From positions 1 through 60,586 of the forward strand of contig JAZQAB010000105.1 of assembly GCA_045545055.1 (NCBI GenBank): a stretch of DNA of 60,586 nucleotides, in the 5' to 3' direction. Below, in pieces: positions 28,443 to 36,416 of the stretch. The position numbers were made by a program, and so were the translations under genes. Under the pieces are notes generated by a model. That model worked only from the letters and a program-made list of their open reading frames with translations, ran no database searches and had not been told where the DNA came from. How positions within the stretch are numbered: position 1 is the stretch's first letter; each line of letters begins with the position of its first letter. Source of the stretch: Clostridia bacterium. GTDB lineage: Bacteria > Bacillota > Clostridia > UMGS1883.

Positions 28443-28484
28443 TTGACAAGGAATTATATTGTATGTTACTATAACGTTATAGTA
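28443..28484 (+). promoter_or_regulatory. Promoter of the + operon (28507 onward) overlapped by the second copy of the 18-bp operator
   Basis: Seen: TTGACA (28443-28448), an 18-nt spacer, then TACTAT (28467-28472). The palindrome TACTATAACGTTATAGTA occupies 28467-28484. The architecture matches 27354-27394. Confidence 0.6.
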
Positions 28485-28506
28485 GATAAAAAAACGGAGG
28501 GATAAT

Positions 28507-29913
28507 ATGTCAATTTCAACTAAAAAAGTAACATTCGCATTGTTTTTCGGTAATCGTGGATTTTTCCCCGGCGAGGTAATTACCGATGCAAGACGCGAAA
28601 TGATTGAGGCAGTTACAAAAAACGGATTTGACTACATTTGTATGGACGAAAGCCTTACTCGTTACGGTGCTGTTGAAACACGTAAAGAGGGTCAGATGTA
28701 TGCAAAATTCCTTGAAGAAAACAAAGGTAAGTTTGACGGTGTGATTTTATGTATGCCCAATTTCTCTGATGAAAACGGTGCGGCAGAAGCTCTTAAAAAT
28801 GCAGATGTTCCCGTGCTTGTGCAGGCATATCCCGACGAACTTGGTAAGATGGATTTTGCAAGAAGACGTGATACAGTATGCGGTAAGTTTGCAATGTGCC
28901 ATGTGCTTCGTCAGTGTAAGATTAAGTTTACATTAACTAAGAAAATGGCAGTATCACCTCTTGATGAATCCTTTGCAGACGATTTGAGACGCTTTGGTGC
29001 AATCTGCCGTGTGGTAAAGGGAATGAGAAGCTTTAATATAGGTGCTATGGGTGCAAGAACAACTGCATTCAAAACTGTAAGAGCAGATGAGGTTGCACTT
29101 CAGGGAAAGGGAATAAATGTTGAAACAATTGACCTTTCATACATATTTGACCTTATGGAAAAGGTTGACGAAAAGGAACTTGCCGCAAAGAAGGAATACT
29201 TCAAGGGCGTTGCATCATTCGGAAATTACCCCGAGGAAAAGCTGACAAATATTTCAAAGCTTGGCGTAGTATTTGATAAGCTGATTGATGAATACAGCTT
29301 AAATGCAGTAGCCGTAAGATGCTGGGATGAATTTGTAACACAGTATCATATTGCACCCTGTCTTGTACTCAGCGACCTTAATGAGAGAGGTATTCCCGCA
29401 GCGTGTGAGCTTGATGTTAACAACGCTGTTATGATGTATGCGCTTTACCTTGCATCAGAACAGCCTGTAATGCTCCTTGACGTAAATAATAACTATGGTG
29501 AATCTGATAACAAGAATATAATGTTCCACTGCTCAGCAGTGCCCTCATCATTCTTTGAGGAAAAGCCCTGCATTTCCGAGCACCTTATGTTCAAAAAGAG
29601 CTACGGAGAGGGAAAAGGTGTAGGTATCGTTAACGGAAAGGTTAAGTCAGGCAAGGTAACGGTAGCAACTACAAAGACAGAGGACGGAAAAATCTGGGGC
29701 TTCACAACAGACGGCAAGCTCACAAATGATGAGTTTGACAAGGAATTCTTCGGTACAGGCGTTGTATTTGAAAACAATAATCTTGAAAACATATTCAAAT
29801 ATATGTGCGAAAACGGCTATAAGCACCACGTAGCAATCGCAAAGGGTGAATGGTCAGACTGTGTAGAAGAAGCACTTGTAAAATACTTAGGATACAATAT
29901 TGATGTTTTATGA
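28507..29913 (+). CDS. L-fucose/L-arabinose isomerase-family protein (short, about 470-aa class)
   Basis: Seen: GGAGGG RBS and a 468-aa ORF. Known (recall): the N-terminus KVTFALFFGNRGFFPGEVI and the overall length resemble the short fucose-isomerase-like family. Substrate unknown. Confidence 0.7.
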   Translation: MSISTKKVTFALFFGNRGFFPGEVITDARREMIEAVTKNGFDYICMDESLTRYGAVETRKEGQMYAKFLEENKGKFDGVILCMPNFSDENGAAEALKNADVPVLVQAYPDELGKMDFARRRDTVCGKFAMCHVLRQCKIKFTLTKKMAVSPLDESFADDLRRFGAICRVVKGMRSFNIGAMGARTTAFKTVRADEVALQGKGINVETIDLSYIFDLMEKVDEKELAAKKEYFKGVASFGNYPEEKLTNISKLGVVFDKLIDEYSLNAVAVRCWDEFVTQYHIAPCLVLSDLNERGIPAACELDVNNAVMMYALYLASEQPVMLLDVNNNYGESDNKNIMFHCSAVPSSFFEEKPCISEHLMFKKSYGEGKGVGIVNGKVKSGKVTVATTKTEDGKIWGFTTDGKLTNDEFDKEFFGTGVVFENNNLENIFKYMCENGYKHHVAIAKGEWSDCVEEALVKYLGYNIDVL

Positions 29914-30049
29914 TGACAGAAATGTTATTTGCGAAGGTGTTAACGATGCTTCTAACTGCATCTGTATGCTTTGCAATTCTTAGGTCATTTAAAACTGGCA
30001 ACAATGTAAAGGTAGACTAGGATTTTGAACAAAATGGAGAAATCAAAAA

Positions 30050-30850
30050 ATGATTTATGAAAATATTAACCTGGGTGAAGGTGCTTTCCTTGAAATTTAT
30101 GCACCGGAAAAGCCTCGGGGATATGTCCGTGATGCTTTGCTTATAATACCGGGAGGTGCCTATGCGGAAGTATGCGATGACAGAGAGGGCGAACCAATCG
30201 CAATGGAGTTTTTACAAAAGGGATATTCTTCCTTTGTGTTGCATTATTCGGTTGGTGAAAAAGCCAAGTTTCCGACTCCCTTGATTGAAGCATCCAAAGC
30301 AATGAAGTATATAAAGGATAATTTCAAAAAATATAACATAAATCCGGACAGAGTATTTGTAATAGGATTTTCCGCGGGAGGACATTTAGCCGCAAGCTTA
30401 GGTATATTATGGCATCTAAAAGAAATTTATGATGAAATTGATATGCCGTATGGATATAATAAGCCGATAGGCATTTTGCCAATCTATCCGGTTGTTTCGG
30501 CTAATGTACCGGCTCATATGGAGTCTTTTTACAATATTCTTGGAAGCAGCGAAGTAACCAGAGAAGACCTTAACAGATTTTCGCTGGAATTATATGTGGA
30601 TGAAAAATCCTCACCTGCTTTCATTTGCCACACTTCGACAGATAAGATTGTTCCCGTGCACAATGCTTTATGTCTGGCAGAGGCCTATGCTAATAGTGAT
30701 ATACCATTTGAACTTCATATATTTAAAAAGGCTCCCCATGGATTAGCTTTGGGAAATAAAATAACAATGTGCGGTAATCCGGAGTGGTTAAACCAATCGG
30801 GAGAAAAATGGACAGAATTGGCAAAAATATGGATGGAAAGTATTAAATAA
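30050..30850 (+). CDS. Alpha/beta-hydrolase esterase (carbohydrate/acetyl esterase-like)
   Basis: Seen: 266-aa ORF with no signal peptide. Known: the nucleophile elbow GFSAGGHLA (GxSxG) and a late HG motif (APHGLALG) are typical of alpha/beta-fold esterases. Confidence 0.75.
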   Translation: MIYENINLGEGAFLEIYAPEKPRGYVRDALLIIPGGAYAEVCDDREGEPIAMEFLQKGYSSFVLHYSVGEKAKFPTPLIEASKAMKYIKDNFKKYNINPDRVFVIGFSAGGHLAASLGILWHLKEIYDEIDMPYGYNKPIGILPIYPVVSANVPAHMESFYNILGSSEVTREDLNRFSLELYVDEKSSPAFICHTSTDKIVPVHNALCLAEAYANSDIPFELHIFKKAPHGLALGNKITMCGNPEWLNQSGEKWTELAKIWMESIK

Positions 30851-30878
30851 AAATATAAAAACAAGGAGGAAATTTAAA

Positions 30879-31760
30879 ATGAACAAGCTTGGAATTTTTA
30901 TGAACTTTTGGGAGAAGAACTGGGATGCAGACCATGCAAAATATATCAGAAAGGCGAAGGACATCGGCTTTGATGTGCTTGAGTTTCAGGCGCAGCCCCT
31001 TCTTGAAATGAGTGATGATAAAATCCGCTCATTAAAGGCTCTTGCAGACGAGGTAGGAATTGAACTTACATACAGCCTCGGTCTTGACAGAGCCTATGAT
31101 GTATCTTCTCTTGACGAAAATATCAGAAAAGGTGGAGTAGAGTATCTTTCAAACATCGTAAGAAAAATGCACGTAGGAGGCGGCACACTTCTTAGCGGTG
31201 TAAGTTATGCAGGCTGGGGCACACCTGACAATTTCCTCGGTGACAAGCGTCCTTATTGGGAGCAGAGTATAAAGAGCATGAAGGAAATTATCAAGGTAGC
31301 AGAGGAGTGCGGTATAACTTACTGTGTAGAGGCAGTAAACCGTTTTGAAACATGCCTTATTAATACAGCAGAGGAAGCACTTCGCTATGTAGCAGAAATA
31401 GACAGTCCCAATATTGGCGTGCTTCTTGATACCTACCATATGAACATTGAGGAAAACAATATCGGTGATGCAATCCGCCTTGTAGGCGACAAGCTCACAA
31501 GCTTCCACACAGGTGAAAACAATCGTACAGCACCGGGCAGAGGACATCTTGACTGGGATGAAATCTTCGGTGCACTTGCTGATATTAATTATAAGGGAAG
31601 AATTGTATCCGAACCGTTTGTAATGGAAGGCGGCGAGGTAGGACGTGACATTCACGTATATCGCAATCTCGTAGAAAATCCCACAGAGGCAAGAATTGAC
31701 GAGGAAGCAGCATATCTTCTCAACTTCGAAAAAGAGATGCTCAGAAAGTATAATATGTAA
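30879..31760 (+). CDS. Xylose-isomerase-like TIM-barrel protein resembling ketose 3-epimerases (D-psicose/D-tagatose 3-epimerase family)
   Basis: Seen: AAGGAGG RBS and a 293-aa ORF. Known (recall): the blocks FMNFWEKNWDADHAKYIRKAKDIGFDVLEF, VEAVNRFE, LDTYHMNIEE and FHTGENNR parallel the metal-ligand blocks of characterised ketose 3-epimerases. Confidence 0.7.
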   Translation: MNKLGIFMNFWEKNWDADHAKYIRKAKDIGFDVLEFQAQPLLEMSDDKIRSLKALADEVGIELTYSLGLDRAYDVSSLDENIRKGGVEYLSNIVRKMHVGGGTLLSGVSYAGWGTPDNFLGDKRPYWEQSIKSMKEIIKVAEECGITYCVEAVNRFETCLINTAEEALRYVAEIDSPNIGVLLDTYHMNIEENNIGDAIRLVGDKLTSFHTGENNRTAPGRGHLDWDEIFGALADINYKGRIVSEPFVMEGGEVGRDIHVYRNLVENPTEARIDEEAAYLLNFEKEMLRKYNM

Positions 31761-31815
31761 AAAAAGCTTGATTAATAAATCTTTTTGCATTAAAAATAGT
31801 AGCGGAGGGATGAAA

Positions 31816-33954
31816 ATGAAAGACAGTCTTATTTATGTAAGCTACGGCGATAACTCTGTGATTTACGATACACAGTCGGGTGTATTTTCAATCCAGCTTG
31901 AAGGTTGCGGAGAAATTATAAAAAACGCATCGTTGATACTTGAAAATGCTGACGGAGAAAAGCTTAGAATTTGTGAAAACAGAGCTTGCAACACAGAGCG
32001 TCAGTTGAATATCGAAAACAACACCATAAAAATAGTTTATCAAGATGAAAACGCCATCTGTAATCCTACATTGGAGTTTTGTGTTGAAAATAAGTGCGTT
32101 AAATTTGTTGTTACCGGCGCAAAAGAAAATTTTATGTATATTGAGGGTGAAGCATTCTTCGGCGAAAATATGCAGGAAGATACTTTTGCCATGGCTATCG
32201 GCAGAAACGGTCTTGACATACGTTGTGCAATGGGCCCTGCTTCGTCAACAGTTGACAATGCTCTTTATAACAGAAAAACTGACTGTGCATTTTTAATCAA
32301 CGGAGGAAAAAAGGTGCAGTATAAATACGATTGGGAGAAACACTGTTACAATATCCGCCTCGAGGCCGGACCGGTAGCTTTTCAGCAGAAATTCACAATT
32401 TCTTTGAGAGAAAATGTGCTCTCCGGTATGTACGGAATTTCTTTTTCACCCATCAACAAAAATTCAACATTTAAAAAGCCTCCGGCAGGCTGGATGACAT
32501 GGTATGCGGTGAAATTTGACGCCTGCGAAGAATCAGTTCTTGAAAATGTGAAATTCCAGGAAGAAAACCTGAAAAAATACGGTGCCGATGCAATCTGGAT
32601 TGATTGGGAGTGGTACCACAATAACTTGAACGGGGTAAGAAACGACGGGGTAAACACCTTTGTCCCCGACCCGCAGAAATATCCCCACGGAATGAAATTC
32701 GTTTCCGACGAAATTAAAAAAGCAGGGTTCGTACCTGCTTTGTGGCTTGGGTTTACAAATGATTCTTCAAGGAATGAGTTTACCGAAAAGCATCCCGAAA
32801 TCATTCTTGGCGAAAAAGAGGAATGGTGCGGATGTGAATTTTACGATATCAGCCATCCTCTGTACCTCGAAGAATTTCTGCCAAAAGCTCTTCAACAGGT
32901 CTTTGACTGGGGATACGAAGCCGTTAAGTTTGATACACTTCCTATCTGCATAGATTATCACGAAAAGCATCATATGAAGATGTACGATCCCACCCTTTCG
33001 ACAAGAGAAGCTTTCCGTAGTGCGATGAAGAAAGCCCGTGACTATTTAGGCAAGGATATGTATATGCTTTCCTGTGCTTCTGTGAAGGATCCTGACTTTT
33101 TGTGGGCGGCAGACATATTTGATGCAGGACGTGTCGGAAACGATATATTTGAATGGGAAGAATTCATAAGAGAGGGTGTGGACCGTACTCTGAGATTCTA
33201 TCCTCTTCATAACATTGTAATTTATCCGGATGCTGACAATGTTGTCCTCAGGGAAGAATTTAATACCCTGAAACAAGCCGAATCAAGGATATTCTTTGTG
33301 TCGCTTTTGGGTCTTCCGATGACCTTCGGCGATGATTTCAAGGTTCTTTCAGATGACAGGGTAGATTTGATTAAGAAGTGCCTCCCCGTAATGGATATTC
33401 ACCCAATGGATATAAACGAATCTGTCAGCACAAGGGGAGAGCTGATAATGAACCTTGCAGTTGAAAATCCTTTTGAAAGCTATAATGTAGTAAATGTTTT
33501 CAATACTAACAAGGAAAAAGCGGTTCGCAGGGTGAAGATTAACGAGGATTTACATCTTGAAGATGGCGGGTATCATATCTTTGATTTCAAAAGAGAAAAA
33601 TACCTTGGTTGTGTTTCTGGCTTTTTTGAGACTGAACTCGATACTTGTGAGAGTAGTGTGTTCTCTGTAAGAAAAAACCTTGACCGTCCTCAGATAATAA
33701 GCACTTCAAGGCATATTTCGCAGGGTGCTGTGGAAATTAAAGCCCTTTGCCAGACCGGTACAAAAATATCCTTCTCCGCAGAGATTGTCGCAAACGACAC
33801 CTATAAAGTGTATGTATATGTCCCAAGTGGCTTTACGCTGTGCGAAAAAGATAAGAAAAATGCAGTGCTGACTGATGAAAATGTATATTGCATTGAGTAT
33901 TTGAAGGGAGAAGACGGAATATACGAATTTGAAATAGATTTTGAAAAAATGTAA
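31816..33954 (+). CDS. Clan GH-D (GH27/GH36-like, alpha-galactosidase-type) glycoside hydrolase, 712 aa
   Basis: Seen: the ATG at 31816 is well spaced from GGAGGG (31804-31809). The track start at 31696 overlaps the previous gene. Known: PPAGWMTWYAV, AIWIDWEWY and YEAVKFDTL (the K-x-D nucleophile context of clan D). Family assignment by eye only. Confidence 0.65.
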   Translation: MKDSLIYVSYGDNSVIYDTQSGVFSIQLEGCGEIIKNASLILENADGEKLRICENRACNTERQLNIENNTIKIVYQDENAICNPTLEFCVENKCVKFVVTGAKENFMYIEGEAFFGENMQEDTFAMAIGRNGLDIRCAMGPASSTVDNALYNRKTDCAFLINGGKKVQYKYDWEKHCYNIRLEAGPVAFQQKFTISLRENVLSGMYGISFSPINKNSTFKKPPAGWMTWYAVKFDACEESVLENVKFQEENLKKYGADAIWIDWEWYHNNLNGVRNDGVNTFVPDPQKYPHGMKFVSDEIKKAGFVPALWLGFTNDSSRNEFTEKHPEIILGEKEEWCGCEFYDISHPLYLEEFLPKALQQVFDWGYEAVKFDTLPICIDYHEKHHMKMYDPTLSTREAFRSAMKKARDYLGKDMYMLSCASVKDPDFLWAADIFDAGRVGNDIFEWEEFIREGVDRTLRFYPLHNIVIYPDADNVVLREEFNTLKQAESRIFFVSLLGLPMTFGDDFKVLSDDRVDLIKKCLPVMDIHPMDINESVSTRGELIMNLAVENPFESYNVVNVFNTNKEKAVRRVKINEDLHLEDGGYHIFDFKREKYLGCVSGFFETELDTCESSVFSVRKNLDRPQIISTSRHISQGAVEIKALCQTGTKISFSAEIVANDTYKVYVYVPSGFTLCEKDKKNAVLTDENVYCIEYLKGEDGIYEFEIDFEKM

Positions 33955-33971
33955 AAAGGCTGTATACGAAA

Positions 33972-34077
33972 GTTCTTTTTTATATTCTGTAGGAGTCAAA
34001 CCAGTTGCTTTTTTAATTTGCTTGAAAGAGTAACCTACATATATATTTATGCGGCCTGTTTCAAAGAAACGGCGCAC
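33972..34077 (-). pseudogene. Probable relic of an AraC-family C-terminal helix-turn-helix (about 35 codons)
   Basis: Seen: the minus-strand frame reads RRFFETGRINIYVGYSFKQIKKATGLTPTEYKKE, with no upstream body and no proper start. Known: (F)K..TG.TP.EY(R/K)K is the usual AraC tail. Short and degenerate, hence low confidence. Confidence 0.4.
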
Positions 34078-34091
34078 TCACCTCCGCGTGA

Positions 34092-34827
34092 AAGGTAGCA
34101 CTTCTTGACCTTAATGAAGAAGCGGAAAAAACTATGCTGAAAGATAGTAAAAGACGGTGGCATTGCAAAGGGTTATGCCTGTAATGTTCTTGATAAAGAA
34201 AGCATAGAAAAAGCACACGATGAAATCGCAAAGGATTTCGGTACGTGCGATATTCTTATTAACGGAGCGGGGGGAAACAATCCCAAAGCAACAACTGATA
34301 ATGAATACTTTACACCTGAGGATATGGGTAATGTAAAGACATTCTTTGACCTTGATAAATCAGGTGTAGAATTTGTATTCAATCTTAATTTCTTAGGCAC
34401 ACTTTTACCTACACAGGTATTTGCAATGGATATGCTTCAGAAAGAGGATGCAAGTATTATCAATATTTCAAGCATGAATGCATACACTCCTCTTACAAAG
34501 ATACCTGCATACTCAGGTGCAAAGGCTGCAATATCAAACTTTACACAGTGGCTTGCAGTACATTTTTCCAAAACAAATATCCGTTGTAACGCGATTGCTC
34601 CCGGATTCTTTGTAACAAAGCAGAATGAAAAACTTCTCTTTAACGAAGATGGTACACCTACTGCAAGAACAGGTAAAATCCTTGCAGCAACTCCCATGGA
34701 CAGATTCGGCAAGGCAGAAGAACTTATCGGTACACTTTTATTTCTTGTACATAAGGATGCTTCAAGCTTTGTAAACGGCGTAGTAATCCCTGTTGATGGT
34801 GGATTTAGTGCATACAGTGGTGTTTAA
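34092..34827 (+). pseudogene. Short-chain dehydrogenase/reductase (SDR), 5-prime truncated and frameshifted
   Basis: Seen: SDR-like sequence starts abruptly at KVALLDLNEEAEKTMLKD (one frame; the TGA at 34089-34091 lies immediately upstream). That frame ends at the TAA at 34182. Homology continues one base out of phase as KIVKDGGIAKGYACNVLDKESIEKAHDEI...DILINGAGGN...NISSM...YSGAKAA...PVDGGFSAYSGV, up to the stop at 34825-34827. The TGxxxGxG dinucleotide-binding N-terminus is absent. The listed 34324..34827 ORF is only the tail. Confidence 0.75.
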
Positions 34828-34834
34828 ACTTGTT

Positions 34835-34893
34835 CTATATTTGTTTAATCTCCAAAGCAATAGTGATATGCTTTGGAGATTAAACAAATATAG
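34835..34893. repeat. Perfect 24-bp inverted repeat (hairpin, 11-nt loop) immediately upstream of galT
   Basis: Seen: CTATATTTGTTTAATCTCCAAAGC (34835-34858) pairs perfectly with GCTTTGGAGATTAAACAAATATAG (34870-34893). There is no T-run after it. The galT RBS-like AGAAAGGA starts right after the 3-prime arm. Confidence 0.9.
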
Positions 34894-34908
34894 AGAAAGG
34901 AATAAACA

Positions 34909-36405
34909 ATGATATACGAAAATATTGACAAATTAATATCATATGCTTCAATTACAAGGCTTATAGAAGAAAGCGATGAAGTTTATGCAAGAAACAGAAT
35001 CCTTGCACTTTTAAAGCTTGATTCTTATGAGAAAACAGGGAAGATATGCAACAGTATTAATGAACTGGAAGAAATTCTTAACTCAATAACAGACTATGCA
35101 GTAGAAAACGGATTGATTGAAAATGACAGTATAGTGTACAGGGATATGTTTGATACAGCACTTATGGATATTCTGACCCCGTATCCCTCAACTATCATAA
35201 ACAGATTCAACAGCCTTTATGATATTTCTCCCGAGGAAGCAACTGACTATTTTTACACACTTTCCTGTGACAGTAACTACATAAGAAGAAATAGAATAAA
35301 TAAAGACGTAAAATGGACAGTAGACTCCGAATACGGCGAAATTGAAATAACTATTAATCGCTCAAAGCCTGAGAAAGACCCCAAAGCCATTGCAGCGGCA
35401 AAGAACAGCAAGGAGTCAACATATCCTCTTTGTCAGTTATGTATTGATAACGAAGGATATGAGGGCAGAGTAAATCACCCTGCAAGGCAGAATCACAGAA
35501 TCATCCCTGTTGAGATTTGCGGAAAAAGATGGGGCTTTCAGTATTCTCCCTATGTTTATTACAATGAGCATTGTATTCTGCTTAATTCAGAGCACGTTCC
35601 TATGGTGATTGACAGAAATGTTTTTTTGAAACTTCTTGATTTTATAAGACAGTTCAATCATTATATGATAGGTTCTAATGCAGACCTGCCAATAGTTGGT
35701 GGCTCAATACTTTCGCATGAGCATTTTCAGGGTGGAAACCACGTGTTTGCTATGCATAAGGCAGATAGTGAACGCTTTTATAAAATAACAGGCTTTGAAG
35801 ATGTTGAAGTAAGCACTCTTAAATGGCCTATGTCAGTTATCAGACTTAAATCTGAAAATACAGATAAGATTGTAGAACTATCGGATAAAATCCTTACAAA
35901 CTGGCGTAATTACAATGATGAGGATGCTTTTATATTTGCTGAAACAAATGGTGAAATGCATAATACAATTACACCCATCGCAAGCATGTCCGACGGAAAG
36001 TATGTAATGGATCTAGTGCTCAGAAACAACATTACAACAGAAGAGCATCCGTTGGGTGTCTATCACCCTCACGCAGAGCTTCACCATATCAAGAAAGAGA
36101 ATATAGGTCTTATTGAGGTAATGGGACTTGCAGTGCTTCCTTCGAGACTTGTGGAAGAGCTTGATGCAGTTGCCGATGCGATTATAAAAGGCTCAGATAT
36201 GAGTAAAAACGAAAAAACTGCCACACATAAGGAGTGGGTAGAAGAAGTAGTTAAAAATCATCCTGAAATCAATGCAGATAATGTTGACAGAATACTTAAA
36301 GAAGAAGTAGGTAAGGTTTTCGTCAATGTGCTTGAGCATGCAGGTATATATAAGCGTGATGCAGAGGGAAGAAAAGCATTTGATAAGTTTATAAAAACCC
36401 TGTAG
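34909..36405 (+). CDS. galT: Galactose-1-phosphate uridylyltransferase (type 2, Gram-positive form)
   Basis: Seen: 498-aa ORF. Known: the length and the blocks CQLCIDNEGYEGRVNHPARQNHRIIP and LSHEHFQGG are typical of the long GalT of Firmicutes. It lies directly upstream of galK. Confidence 0.9.
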   Translation: MIYENIDKLISYASITRLIEESDEVYARNRILALLKLDSYEKTGKICNSINELEEILNSITDYAVENGLIENDSIVYRDMFDTALMDILTPYPSTIINRFNSLYDISPEEATDYFYTLSCDSNYIRRNRINKDVKWTVDSEYGEIEITINRSKPEKDPKAIAAAKNSKESTYPLCQLCIDNEGYEGRVNHPARQNHRIIPVEICGKRWGFQYSPYVYYNEHCILLNSEHVPMVIDRNVFLKLLDFIRQFNHYMIGSNADLPIVGGSILSHEHFQGGNHVFAMHKADSERFYKITGFEDVEVSTLKWPMSVIRLKSENTDKIVELSDKILTNWRNYNDEDAFIFAETNGEMHNTITPIASMSDGKYVMDLVLRNNITTEEHPLGVYHPHAELHHIKKENIGLIEVMGLAVLPSRLVEELDAVADAIIKGSDMSKNEKTATHKEWVEEVVKNHPEINADNVDRILKEEVGKVFVNVLEHAGIYKRDAEGRKAFDKFIKTL

Positions 36406-36416
36406 GAGAGATAGAA

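Noticed and set aside
31149-31790. 213-aa minus-strand ORF covering the epimerase-like gene.
   Set aside because: It is antisense to a CDS with four conserved metal-ligand blocks. It is Cys/Phe-rich and lacks an RBS.
34324-34827. 167-aa ORF listed as a possible stand-alone gene.
   Set aside because: It is the C-terminal two-thirds of the SDR. SDR homology continues upstream of its Met in the same frame and then in another frame, so it is part of the pseudogene at 34092..34827.
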